The notes beneath the pieces are model-generated. The model was not told the DNA's origin. It searched no databases and saw only the letters and a program-made list of their open reading frames with translations. This document shows positions 37,943 to 50,325 of a stretch of 64,000 bases of DNA, in pieces. The stretch lies in contig NC_058368.1 of NCBI RefSeq assembly GCF_018350175.1, forward strand, positions 68,574,001 to 68,638,000. Reading direction: 5' to 3'. The position numbers and the translations under genes were made by a program. Numbering within the stretch: position 1 is the first letter of the stretch; every line of letters begins with the position of its first letter. Source of the DNA: Felis catus. Its lineage: Eukaryota.

Positions 37943-39218
37943 TCTTTTTTGCAAGATTATTTTTCTTACTAATTTAATTTCTTTGGTGTTTACAGGATTT
38001 TTCAGGGTTTCTATTTCTTTTTGAGCCAGTGTTTTTAGTTGAAACCCTTTCTATGAATTTGTCTATTTCATCTCAATTGTCATACTTAGGGTATAAAATT
38101 ATAATATCCTTTTACGATCCTCTGTAATGTCCGAAGGCTCTGTAGTAATATGAGTCCCAGTTGTGTTTCATCTCCTTTTCTCTTGTTTTTGAGTCAGCCT
38201 CATCAAAGATTTAACAGTTTTATTAGGCTTTTTCAAAAGGCCAATGTTTGGTGAGTTTCATTGCTCCTTTCTGTTGAATATTTGTTTTTTATTTTTATTC
38301 ATCTTGGCTCCCAACTTTATTATCTACTTTCCTTCAGTCTAATGGGTTTATTCCTCTATTATTTTCCAAGTTTTGAGTTGAATATTTAGCTTATTAATTT
38401 GCAGCCTTTCTTCATTTCTAACACATTTATTTCAAGACTACAGATTTCTCTAAGTGATGCTTAACACAGCACTCTCAACCTTTCCAGTGTTTTGTTGTTG
38501 TTACTATTGTTGTTATTGTGTTTAAATACATTTCTTGTTTTAAAAAAAACAAAAATTATTGTATTTTGTTTTGTTTTCGTTTGTACTGGCAGAAGTCAGT
38601 CACGTAATCCATTTATGTATACATCAAGAATTCCTGATATATTGGGTCAAATCTGCCATCTAGTTTTGTGTTTTCTAGTTGTCTAACGTCTTCCATGCTA
38701 TTTTCTTCTGCTTTCCTGACTTCTTTTGGCCTATTTTCTTTTTAGCATTTTATATTTTTCTTCTACTTATTTGCAATTATATATCCCGCTTTTATTCTTT
38801 ATTTTTAGTTTGGAAATTGAAATGTAGGTTAATTTATTATGTCTAATATGAATTAATTCTTTCATCCTCATCTTGAACAATGCAAAGATCTTTTGAAAAT
38901 TCTACCATTATTTACCTCCTTTAATCTTCTGTCAATATTTTAATTATACACTTTTTAAATTCCAAAAAACATTGATTAAAAAAAGTTTATAGTCAATTCA
39001 TTTAGAATTACCCACATATTTCCCACTTCCTTTGCTTTTTATCCCTTTATATTTCAGATCTTAGATCTAAGATTTTCTTCTACCTAAATTATATGTTTTA
39101 GAACTTCCTTTAAGGTAGTGTTGATGGTGAATGCTCTCAGTTTTATTTTACTGAAATATCTTTATTTCATCTTAGTCTTAAAAGATATTTTAACCAGTAT
39201 AGCATTCTAGCTTGATAG

Positions 39219-39417
39219 TTTTTTTATTTTTATTTGACAGAGAGTGAGGAACTAGCAGGCTAGGGGCAGAGAGAAGAGTGAGACACAGAATCCGAAGCAG
39301 GCTCCAGGCCCTGAGCTGTCAGCACAGAGCCCAACTCAGGACCCCAACTCACGAACTGTGTGATCATGACCTGAGCTGGAGTCAGATGCTTAACCAACTG
39401 AGCCACGCAGGCACCCC
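39219..39417 (-). mobile_element. Can-SINE
   Basis: antisense head. Confidence 0.9.
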
Positions 39418-40110
39418 TGTTTTTTTAAATGTACATTGTAGATATCATTCCATGGACTCATAGATACTGTTATTTATGTTGAGAAGTCAGCTGTCAGTCG
39501 ACTGTAGCTTCTTTAAGGATACTCTATTCTTTGTCTGATCTCTCTGATTTTCTGCAGTCTTTGCATAATTTGTCTAGGTGTGGATTTCATCTTCTGTATC
39601 TTGCTTGAGATTCATTGAGTTCATGGTATCTGTGGACTGGTGCTTTTTATCATGTCTGAGAAACTCAACTATCATATCTTTGAATAATCATTTTGCCTCA
39701 TTTCTTCTATCCTCTTCTCTTGGGACTATGATTACACATATGTTACATATTCCTGCTCCGTCCCACATTGCTAATGCTCTTCTTTGTAACTTCCATTCTT
39801 TCTTCTCTCTCTGTCTTAGTTTGGATATTTCTATTGACTTGTTCACTTATGTATTGATCCTGTCTTCACGAAGTCTAATCTGCTATTGAGTGATGCTTCT
39901 GTCCCATTCAATTGTTTTTCTCCTTCTTGGATTCTAGTTCATATATATATTAAACTTTTTCACTCCGTGTTCTATGATTCTCACTCTTTCTCCCCCTCCT
40001 CCTCCTTCTTTTTCTTTTACCCCTAGTTTTGTTTACAACTTTGTGCTGTACTGTGTATAATTTATTATAATTTATCTTCTATTTTAGTAATTCTCCATTT
40101 TGGTGTTTCC

Positions 40111-40334
40111 TTTTTTAATTTTTTTTAATGTTTATTTATTTTTTTAGAGAGAGAGAGAAACAGAGTGTGAGCGGGGGAGGGACAGAGACAGAGGGAGACA
40201 CAGAATCCGAAGCAGGCTCCAAGGCTCTGAGCTGTCAGCACAGAGCCCAACTCGGGGCTCGAACCCAGAAACTGTCAAGACCATGACCTGAGCCGAAGCT
40301 GGGCGCTTAATGGACTGAGCCACCCAGGCACCCC
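40111..40334 (-). mobile_element. Can-SINE
   Basis: TSD tccattYtggtgtttc. Confidence 0.93.
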
Positions 40335-41996
40335 TCCATTCTGGTGTTTCTAATTTGATGTTAAAGCCATAAATTGTTTCTAAATAGGTTAATTTCTTCT
40401 TAATTTCTAGAACTTACATCTGGTTATTTTTCAAATGTACAATGTGACATTCTTATAGTTTTCTGTTTCTGCAGGTATCTTTAAGCTTATCTAGTATTTC
40501 TTTTACATAGCCTAGTTGTTTTACAGTCTGAGTCTAGTTTTTGAAGGTATGTTGTGTAGTTTTATTCTGCTGATTTTGCTCGCGAAGATTAATTTTCTTG
40601 GGTATCTGGTTACCTTTGTGTATTACATTGCACATGAAAAATTATTTGTAGGAATTACTTGAGGCATATAGTACAGGTGCTTCCCTCCAGAAAGAATTTA
40701 CTTTTACTTCTCCAAAGTGCCTGGGGTCACTTGAATTCCATTACCTCTTTAAACCAAATTCCAGAGTTTACATTACCTGTATAACCAAAGGATTTGAAAC
40801 CATTAAGAAATTCCCCGTGGGTTTTGCCATTTTGATTTGCCCTCACCCTTGAATGTATGGATATTTGGAGTCTCAGCAGCTTTTTGGGAGGGATGGTGGA
40901 GGGAATTGGCTGCAGAGAGTTTTCTATAGCAGGCCCCATCTTGTACAGACTCTGGGATTTCTTTGCAATCTCCTCTCATTTAGAATCCCGTAAGCAGTAA
41001 GATTGGTGTATTGAGAGTACCAAATCCTCAAGGCAAGAAAGACTTCCATGCTTTCTTAACTTTTAGGGTACTCATTTATCTATTATTTATTTAGAACTTT
41101 TAATAATATACTTTAAAAATCCACCCAATGTTTTAACTCCTTTCAGCAGCTAATACAAGTAACAGAAAGCTGTATGAAACATTCTTTTTTTCTTCTGGTG
41201 TTGAATGAGACTTGGATATATTTTGGGATAAAATTTAAATATTCAAGAACTTTTAAGATAGAGCAAAAGACTGAAAACACATTTTTTGTTCTTCTTGGGT
41301 CACTCGATATTCTACCCCTGGTTAGAACCTCTTCTGCATTTTCCACCAACCCCTCCACTCCTCACTCTGTATACACAGATGGTACAAATATACTTATTCT
41401 CTGTCACTGTTCTTCTGCGGGGAAAGATATGAAGAACACTGTCTTGTTTTTGTTTATATTATATCTCTAGGAGCTATCCTCTTTGCTTTTTATATTTTCC
41501 TTATAGTCATTACTTGTGGGTTTTGTTTTGTTGTTTTTTTGCTCTAGGAGGAGTTCTCAAGCTGTTTATCTCATTTCTTGATTTACTATTCATTCTGTTC
41601 TTTGGGGCCTCCACTGTGTTTGTCATTTTGAGTATAACAGTTTCCCTCTGAAAGTAATCTTCACTGCTCTCAATTTTTTTCCTTTTTCATTTATATAATA
41701 TCTTAGGGAATCATATTGAGAATATAAATTAGACTTGAAAAACAGTTTTCTCCTGGATTTTGCTTGGTGCATAATCTGTTTCATCACAGAATGTTTCCTC
41801 TGATAACTCAGATGCATGCACTTCTTGTGAACTACAGGATTTTCCCCCCATATAATGTGTTTTTTTGCTTTCATATCCTTTCAGATGCTTATGTTCATCC
41901 ATTATGTGGAACTCAAATAAGTTGTCTTGAAAATTTATATATTGAATATATATTTATATATTCACATCTTTTTATCCTTAAAGAGGATGGGAAAAA

Positions 41997-42130
41997 TCTA
42001 TCTATCTATGTATCTATGTATCTATCTATCACCTATCTATAATTTATCTATTATCTATTATCTATTATCTATCTATCTATTATCTATCTGTCTATTTATC
42101 TATCTATCTATGTCTCTGTCTGTCTGTCTC
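41997..42130. repeat. degenerate (TCTA)n/(TCTG)n
   Basis: direct. Confidence 0.9.
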
Positions 42131-42979
42131 TTCTTGCCTGTATAGAGTTTCACCTGCCTATTGAGAGAGTTGTTCAGGAGAGAACTCTCTGCTTAGTGGG
42201 GAGTTTCTTGCCTATGTTTGCCACCACACTGCTTTCATTAGGAGCCCCTGCAGCTGAATGAGCACTTAATCCATCCTTAGGTTCTCTGGGGTTATGAAAA
42301 CCAGTTTTCTTCCCCCAAGCTACAAGCCAGTATTCACTCACACCAGACATTTCTGGTAATATCTCACTAGGCCCATTGCTGAAGAATATTTCGCCTGCAC
42401 ACCTCACCCATTTCTCTGTCTAGGACTGCCCTTCCCCTCTGGGAGATCCAATATAATCTCTCCTGTGTATTTAGGTTTTCCCAAAAAAGCAGGAAGAGCT
42501 GAGGGCTTTTGTTTTTGGCTTAAAAAATCCTCTAGACAAGAAAATATTGAGGGCTTTGCCCTGTGCCTGCAATTGGAGAATTTAAATACACAAGGAGCAA
42601 AATACAACTTAATAGCTCTAGAAAGGCATCTCGCTGGAAGGTTTCTGGTTACCAAAATACAGCAAGTAGAGGTCATGTTTCCATGTTGCTTGAAAGAAAA
42701 AAAGAAGTAAGAAAAGAAATATAAAGAAAGAAAGTCACTTATTCCTTTCCTTCGGGAAGCTCTTTGACCTATATTGGTCCTGGTGACTTTTATTTTGCCT
42801 CTTATTAAAAATCAAAGCAAATGAACACGTAGTTATTCTTCAACTACATATGCTAAGAATGATGAATACTTTCACCAAATATGTCAAGTTTATCTGTCAC
42901 CGTGATGACAGTAGCTTGATGTCATCAGCAACTCAAAGTGGTCAGGTGGTCAAGAATATGAGTTTTGCTTACTGCACAG

Positions 42980-43391
42980 GTGTCTTAAGTTATAATAGAA
43001 AAATAAAATCAGATGACTGTATTGAAAATCAGGATCATATCTACATTTTTGGACATTTCAATGGCATTTGGGGAAGATTCAAAGTGCAATAGCGAGCCAG
43101 ATTTCTAATGTGGCTGTACTTTCCCCACTGAAAGATGTAAGAGGCGTGAGATCATCGTGAACAATACTTGACAATATCAACAGGAGGCCAACATGCTCCT
43201 TGAGTGTTAGGTTGGAACTCTCAAGTGCATATCAAAGCATCGTGTACGACCTTATATTGAAATTAAAGAGAAATCTTCCTAAAGAATTGTTTGACCATTT
43301 GTATAGTTTAAGATGCTCCTGTAGAAGCACAGGAGGAAATAGATGCTCTCATCTTAATACCATGGCCAAAACTGATGCTACCCATCCGTGA
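42980..43391 (+). pseudogene. possible decayed terminal exon (Tyr-motif tail)
   Basis: acceptor ttttgcttactgcacAG|; DHIY, AYQSI, VYDL, DHLYS in broken frames; not a repeat I recognise. Confidence 0.25.
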
Positions 43392-43814
43392 GATAGAAGA
43401 GAAAAAAGTTAAGCTAACTCAAAACCAAGTAAATCTCTTCATCTTTGGCACAGCATCTTAGACAGCTTTATTAAGTAAGTTGGACAAACCGATGCGATGG
43501 CAGGCCCCTAGATTATTTTCAAGTGGTAACATGCCACTGTGGCTTCTCATGTCTAGGTGAAAAGCAGAAGCAGCTCAGTCTGCCACACGGGGAATTGGCA
43601 ATTGCTAATTCAGCGTTGTAGACCTGACAGTTTTTGACTACTCAGAGCAACTGCTGGTACCCAATGCATGAAGAAGAGGACGCGTGTATCTGAAACACAG
43701 GCTCCCCAATCCAAGCATCAGACCATTAAAGGCGTGAATAATCGTTGAGATTTCTAGAACCATTGTATCACCAGCTTCATGATAACACTTACCGGAGCAA
43801 TATGAGAGTTTCAG

Positions 43815-44060
43815 TGAATAACGATAATACCTGCCGTGGACCGAATGCTTCAGAAGCCCTGCACGTTGTAGCACTTCATGTATTTTTTTCCTCATTCGAA
43901 CCTTCTAAACCTCATGACCCATTTTACAGAGGAGACTGAGGCTTCAAAAGGTTAAGGAATTTACCTTCAGTCATATAGCGAGCACATATCAAAACAGGGA
44001 TTTGAACCCAATTTGTCTGATTCTAAAGCTCGTGACCTTTTCCATTAAGCCATGTTGCCT
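43815..44060 (-). mobile_element. MIR
   Basis: cccattttacagaggagactgaggc...gggatttgaaccca. Confidence 0.85.
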
Positions 44061-44104
44061 CATGTACAGACAATCTATGTAAGGATCTGTTTTGCTCTAG
44101 GATC

Positions 44105-44462
44105 CAGTTGACCCTTAGAACAACATGGGGGTTAAGGGTGCTGATCACCATGCGGTTGAAAACCTATGTATACATTTTGGCTGTCCCCAGACTTAACCAC
44201 TCCTTAGCGCTACTATTGACCGGAAGCCTTACCGATAACATAAGCAGTTGATGAACACAATTTTGTGTGTCATATGTATTATATCCTGTATTCTTATATC
44301 CTGTATTCTTACACTAAAGTAAGCTAGAGAAGAGAAAATGTTGTTAATAAAATCATAGGGAAGAGAAAACATTTACAGCACTGTCTTGTGTTTATCCCAA
44401 AACTTCATGTACAAGCAGACCTGCATACCTGCGTTCAAGCCTGTGTTGTTCAAAGTCACCTT
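44105..44462. mobile_element. Tigger2-derived MITE
   Basis: TIRs cagttgacccttagaacaaca / tgtgttgttcaaagtcacct; internal gaccggaagccttaccgataacataa. Confidence 0.85.
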
Positions 44463-44855
44463 TATTTGCATTTAGGTTTTTGATTTCCTCACCTGGAAGT
44501 GGATGCTTAAAAGGAGTAAAGAAGTCTGTGCTTGAGGATTTTTCACACACTGTCATAATCTATCGTACCTCCCCTTAAGTAAAGATGAGTCACCTCCACA
44601 CTATGTAAGGAAAATATCGAGCATGTTTTGGTGTAAAGCATGCAATGAACCTGTAATAATTTTGAACATGTGAGTAAGAATTGATGCATGCTTTGAGTTT
44701 TAAGTGTTGACAGAGTTATCTTTTGAGCAAGATAACTGATTCAATAATATTTACCTTCCAACAACTATAACTGTGCCTCAGGAGAAAATAAATCGATGAG
44801 AGATACTCCCTGACTCCAATACAACGGCCATGGAGAAGAGAAACTGTCTAGGATC

Positions 44856-46059
44856 CGGTGGTGTGTTAGAAACATTTTTGCACCGTCTCGTGAGACTTGA
44901 CTAGTAAACTTCCAGGAATTTCCTGAGCGATGTGGGAAAGGTAGCTATTATTAAAAATTAAGTTATAAATCCTTGCAGTTAAATCGCATTGAAAGCAAAG
45001 GTGATGAATACTCAACATCACTTCCTAATTGTTTTTCTATAGTTCGGTATTCTCTCTGGTTTTACAGTTAGCCCCATTGTGTCTGTACGGTGAAAGTATT
45101 ACATGATGCTCAGCTACTGCACGTTTCTTCCTGACTCTGCATTCAGTGATACCACACGAGTAGTCTGAAGTTGACTAATATGGAAGTTTGTCCACCAAAC
45201 AAATTGGCAAACCCGACACATCGAGGCTTGACTTAGTGTCTTATTGATTGCCTAGATGAGATTTGGCAAACTACAGCCAGCGACCCAAATTCAGCCGAAG
45301 GTCTGTTTCTGGAAAGTTTTATTGGAAAACAGCCATGCCCATTTATTTCTGTGTTGCCTATAGTGGCCTTTATATAATGGCAGAATTGAGTAGTCGGTGA
45401 GAGTGACCATCTGTCCCACAAATCCTAAAATATTTACTAACTGGCCCTTTACAGAAAGTGTCTCCAAGCCCCTGATCTAGACATAGGAAACTGATGGGGA
45501 AGATATTTGATAATGCAGTTTAAACATCAAAGGGCATCATATGTATGGACCTTATGCTGTGGCTAGCATGAAAACTTGTAAAATTCCTCCAGGATTCAAA
45601 AACAATTATCCAATTCAGCAAAAGCATTGCTCACGTAATGGACAAATGAGTCAAGTTCCCATATGTATGTGTCGTGGTGAGGTGGAAGTTTCATTTTGGT
45701 GAATATAATTTGAGGTTGAAAAATAGTTTAACGGTAGACAATATATCAGATTTAATGGCAATAAATGTATTAAGAAAAGAATCAGCAGACTGGAATGCAA
45801 TTTTATCAAATCATGATTGAATTGCAATAGTAGATTGCCTGTGGATACAAGAGTTTGGGCAAAATTGCTGAAAACGTTCTGTGAGAATCAATTGACTACA
45901 TAAAATTTATACTAAAAAGTATTGTACATTTTATTACTTGTAAATTATGTGCTACATATTCTTAATATCATTAAAAGTAGCAATAGACTTATGCACTTGT
46001 ATATATGCATATGATTTTTCCCAAAGAACCAATCGTTAAACATTTACCAGCACACTACC
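44856..46059 (-). mobile_element. MER63 (hAT-Blackjack) element
   Basis: TIRs cggtggtgtgttag / gttaaacatttaccagcacactac. Confidence 0.7.
45258..45474 (+). mobile_element. MER58A (hAT-Charlie) nested in MER63
   Basis: ggcaaactacagcc...aaagttttattggaa...cctaaaatatttacta.ctggccctttacagaaa; 8-bp TSD gcctagat/atctagac. Confidence 0.88.
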
Positions 46060-46399
46060 AAACAGCGTATGCCAGCTCTTTGCCTTGGGGATGTTAGGAG
46101 ACCCAACCTGTCGCCAATTATTTCCCCTCTAGACCAGACCAGGCAAATCAAAATGGAATAGTAGGCAGGACTAAACTAAACAGTAATGAAATTGGACAGG
46201 GAAGTAGACAGGTTTTGGTCTCCAAAGAGCCATAAGCATCACAGCCTTCACGGTTACATCCAACTGAAGGAGACTTGGTATGATCGCCTTGAGACCAAGG
46301 TTAGGAAACTTGGGAGTCAGGTGGTTGTGACCCGTGTTGATTAGGAAATGAAAAAAAAAAATGCTGTTACAGACGAGTCCAGAAGCTGAGCAATTCACA

Positions 46400-46740
46400 G
46401 AGCTTTATTTTTTGCTCATCTCACAGTTGAGTGTGGTTTAAGGATTGGAAGTATTGGCTGTGCTCAAACAGAGACCCAGGCTCCTTCCATTGAGGGTCTC
46501 CGCCGTCTCCTGGGTCCTCATGGGGTGTCTAGTATCTGGTTGGCCCTCAAGGAGGGCACGCGCTGGTTTCAGTGGGTGGCTATAGGGACTAGGTCTCTAC
46601 AGGGCATGCGACTTTTCTAGTCTGTGTCTCTTCAAGCCAGAATTCAGTTGGCAAGGGAGACTGGGAAAAGGTGGCGTTCTCATATGCCCAGGAGGAAATG
46701 AAACGGTAATTCGTGAACACATGGTATTGCCACTGCCACT
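46400..46740 (-). mobile_element. MLT1 (J/K-type) LTR
   Basis: gacccaggctccttccatt...gcaagggagactgggaaa...gcccaggagga. Confidence 0.6.
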
Positions 46741-46867
46741 ATTTCACTCTTTTCCTTCTTTGCCTGACAAGTCCTAGTGTGCACAGGACTCCTCACCTTT
46801 TACAGTGGGTGCCAATGAGGATACTTGATTTTGTTGAACTACATGGTAAACTTGACGTAACTTGGAT

Positions 46868-47072
46868 GGGGCGCCTGGGTGGCTCCGTCGGTTGAGCATA
46901 AGACCTCAGCTTAGGTCATGATCTCATGGTTCATGGATTCGAGCCCCGCGTCGGGCTCCGTGCTGACAGCTCAGAGCTTGGGGCCTACTTTGGATTCTGT
47001 GTCTCCCTTTCTCTCTGCCCCTTCCCTGCTCATTCTCTCTCTTTCTCTCTCAAAAATAAACATTTAAAAAAA
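46868..47072 (+). mobile_element. Can-SINE
   Basis: TSD taacttggat. Confidence 0.93.
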
Positions 47073-48409
47073 TGAAATAACTTGGATAAACTAGTTGCCA
47101 GTCATCCATTACAAACATGCAGGCCTTTACATGGTCTCCAGGTTTTCCAGTAGAGGCATGTTGTTGGAAGACTTTGGGAGGGAAAACTGTGAAGTAAAGA
47201 GGATTCTCCAGTTCTGGTAGGATTTCTTTCTAGTTTAATTTTACTACACGATTACTCAAAGTACTTGGTCAGTTAATGCATATGTGTTTAGGTCAGTGCC
47301 TGCCTTTATGTTACTGTAATCTCTTGTTGTTGTTGTTGTTTTTTCTTCAAAACTTTATATGAGGGAGAGTAAGGGATAAAGAGAAGTGTTAGCCCAAGTA
47401 TATAAAGTGTAGAGAATACTAAGATGTCCAAGATAGACACCCTAAAGGTTATGATTGCATTGTTACGATGGCAAATAGCAAAGGACAAATGTTCAACAGC
47501 GGGAACTCGAGGCGATGTGCTTGCCTCTGCATATTCTGTGTCTCCGTGTGCTTGTGGGCGTTTGTGTGACTTGTGGAACTCTATTTCTGGAGCCCGATTC
47601 TCTGGGCAGCACAATAGGCATGTGCTCCTGGAACAATGTCAAGCAAACCGGCCACCTTCCCCTTCCCAATGTGGGTGCCAGTAGTGACATATATGTGAGG
47701 GAGGTGCTTCTACATGCCTCTTCCCATCTGCTTGCTCGGCTTTGTGAACAGAACGGGGATGCTGAGAGGCATGACAAAGCCAGAGCCACTGCTGTCAGTT
47801 GGCCCAAGGACACCTGCCCTCATGGTGTTTGGCACAACCCGGGTCATCTATGCTTTGATGACAGCTGCAGTCCAGACCTGTCCACTCTAGGAGCTGCACA
47901 TGCACTAAAAAGCTCATTTTCTTAGGTTTCTCTCCTTAGAAAAGCAAAGAGGCCATGAAAAGATAGAGACACTTGGGAACCCAGAAGCCGGAGTGTAAGG
48001 AATATCTAGCATGCAAGGAGGGTCCACTTCAGTGCTTTGTTCCTCAGCCATGGAAAGGCGCCCACCTGTGGAGGCTGAGTTCTTCTTCTAGGTGTCTCCT
48101 AGTGTGAACCTGCCATCTGTCGTGCAGAGTATTCCGGGAGAGACCTTCCTATTCCTGTAACCTGCAGAGGAACGACAGATGAATGTGGGGGAAGGGAAGA
48201 CACATGGCCCCTCTCAGAGTGGGCTTGCATGACTTCAAGTAGAGCAGAGCTCACCGCACGTGAGCTTTGGAAAGACATGTACTCAATGTCGACGGTTGCA
48301 TCTTCCCAACTGTGTCTGCTTCCCATCTACCTTTTTTCCTGACATCTTTTTTTGATAAAAGGAGAGAATCCTGTTTCAAAAAAAGAAAAAGAAAAGAAAA
48401 AAAATGGAA

Positions 48410-48550
48410 GTTGGGGTGGGAGAGAACTGGACTACAAAAGAGCAGCAGAGAGAATTTTAGGGGTATGAGAACTGTTCTGTGTCCTGACTCTGGTGATGGC
48501 TACTTGACTCCATGCATTTATCAAAACTCACAGAACGCTATGCCAAAAAA
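48410..48550 (+). mobile_element. L1MC/ME 3' end
   Basis: gaattttaggggtatgagaactgttctgtgtcctga...tttatcaaaactcacagaac. Confidence 0.7.
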
Positions 48551-48868
48551 GAGACATCTTTTTTATATTTATAAAGTATTAAGTAAATTGAGACATCTTA
48601 ATTTAATTGAGACATTAAGTAAAAAAGAGACATCTTTTTTATATTTATAAAGTATTAAGTAAATTGATAAAAAGTTTCAGACACGTCGCTAATCCTTGTG
48701 GCTCCCTTTATGAAAAGCATAATAACATAAAATGAAAAGATCAGAAAACGTTTATTTAAATCGACTGAATTGTCCATCCAATATGGCAGCCCCTAGTCAC
48801 ATGTGGCTATAGAACATTTGAAATGAATAATCAAATTGAGATGTGCTATCAGTATAAAATATACTCCA

Positions 48869-49087
48869 GGGGCGCCTGGGTGGCTCAGTCGGGAGCGCCG
48901 ACTTCGGCTCAGGTCATGATCTCTTGGTTGGTGGGTTCGGGCCCCGCGTCGGGCTCTGTGCTGACAGCTCACCCTGGCGCCTGCTGCAGATTCTGTGTCT
49001 CCCTCTTGCTCTGCCCCTACCCCACTCATGCTCTGTTTCTCTCTGTCTCAAAGATGAATAAACATTAAAAAAATTTTTTTAAATAAA
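48869..49087 (+). mobile_element. Can-SINE
   Basis: TSD ataaaatatactcca. Confidence 0.95.
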
Positions 49088-49240
49088 ATAAAATATACTC
49101 CATATCCCAAAGTTTTCATACAGAAAAAGAAGGTAAATAGCTCATAAATAACTATTATATATTTATTACATGTTAAAGTGGTAATATGTATTATTAAATG
49201 TACTATTAAAATTAATTTCATCAGTTTATTTTTACTTTTT

Positions 49241-49471
49241 ATTTTATTTTTTTTTTTAATTTTTTCTTAACGTTTATTTATTTTGGAGACAGAGTGAGAC
49301 AGAGCATGAACGGGGGAGGGGCAGGGAGAGAGGGAGACACAGAATCTGAAACAGGCTCCAGGCTTTGAGCTGTCAGCACAGAGCCCGACGTGGGGCTTGA
49401 ACTCACGAACCGCGAGATCATGACCTGAGCTGAAGTCGGCCGCTTAACCGACTGAGCCACCCAGGCGCCCC
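49241..49471 (-). mobile_element. Can-SINE
   Basis: TSD tatttttactttt. Confidence 0.95.
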
Positions 49472-49764
49472 TATTTTTACTTTTTAAAATAGAACTACTA
49501 GAAAATTTGAAATTACATTCACAACACAAGTGTCTATTGAGCAATGCTGGCTGCCACTGTGTACAAGGTATAGGTAGGTATATCATGGAACTAGAAATTT
49601 CTTTGAAAACTCCCTCCCTCATTTCATATTCATCACCCAAGGTTTTGTTCTTAGCCACCAGCTCTTTCTTCTCTGTTTCGTTTCTTATTGGAACCGAGCC
49701 TTAAAGCATAATCTTTATTTAAATGACTCCTAAATTGAATCTCCAATCCAGCATCTGTCTAAAC

Positions 49765-49976
49765 CAGCAGATCCCCAGCCAGGGACAGTGTCACTCCCAG
49801 GGGACATCTGGCAATGTCTGGATGCATTTTTACTTGTCACAACTTGGGGAGTGAGGATACTGTGGGCGGCTAGTGGGTAGGGGCCAGACATGGTACTAAA
49901 CGTCCTACAGTACAACAGGACAGCCTCCCAACTATACGGCCCAAAATATTAATAATGCTGGAGTTTTGAAACACTG
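49765..49976 (+). mobile_element. MER20
   Basis: ccaggggacatctggcaatgtctgga...ggcccaaaat...gaaacactg. Confidence 0.85.
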
Positions 49977-50235
49977 ATAAACATTTGTCAGCCTGCTTAT
50001 TGATATGGCACCGATAACCTACCATGTATAATTCACTATGTTAACCATATTATATAACTAAGTAATACAATATAATATATATATATTTATATATACTAAA
50101 TAGCACGTAAAGTAGTAGTATATAGTATATATAGTAGTATATAATGGTATATGATATATTAGTATAGTATATGTACTATATAATAAATATAATATAATTA
50201 ATATAATATAATATGTTACAATATAATATATAACT

Positions 50236-50325
50236 AAGTAATCTCTACACCCAATGTGGGGCTTGAATTTACAACCCCGAGATTAAGAGTTGCGTGCTCT
50301 ACCGACTAAGCCAGCCAGGCACCCC
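50236..50325 (-). mobile_element. short Can-SINE (tRNA-Lys-like head only)
   Basis: taatctctacacccaatgtggggcttgaa...gccagccaggcacccc. Confidence 0.85.

Larger units (their letters stand above)
37950..41960 (-). mobile_element. long fragmented old L1M/HAL1 (ORF2-ORF1) region
   Basis: T-rich antisense L1 signatures e.g. gttgagaagtcagctgtcagt, tttgtctatttcatct. Confidence 0.7.
48772..49549 (-). mobile_element. MER33 (hAT-Charlie) split by two SINEs
   Basis: tccaatatggcagcccctagtcacatgtggcta...aattgagatgtgct...ctactagaaaatttgaaattaca...ctattgagcaatgctg. Confidence 0.8.

Noticed and set aside
50245..50325. tRNA-Lys-like sequences here and at 58365-58450
   Set aside because: SINE heads with SINE-type tails, not tRNA genes.
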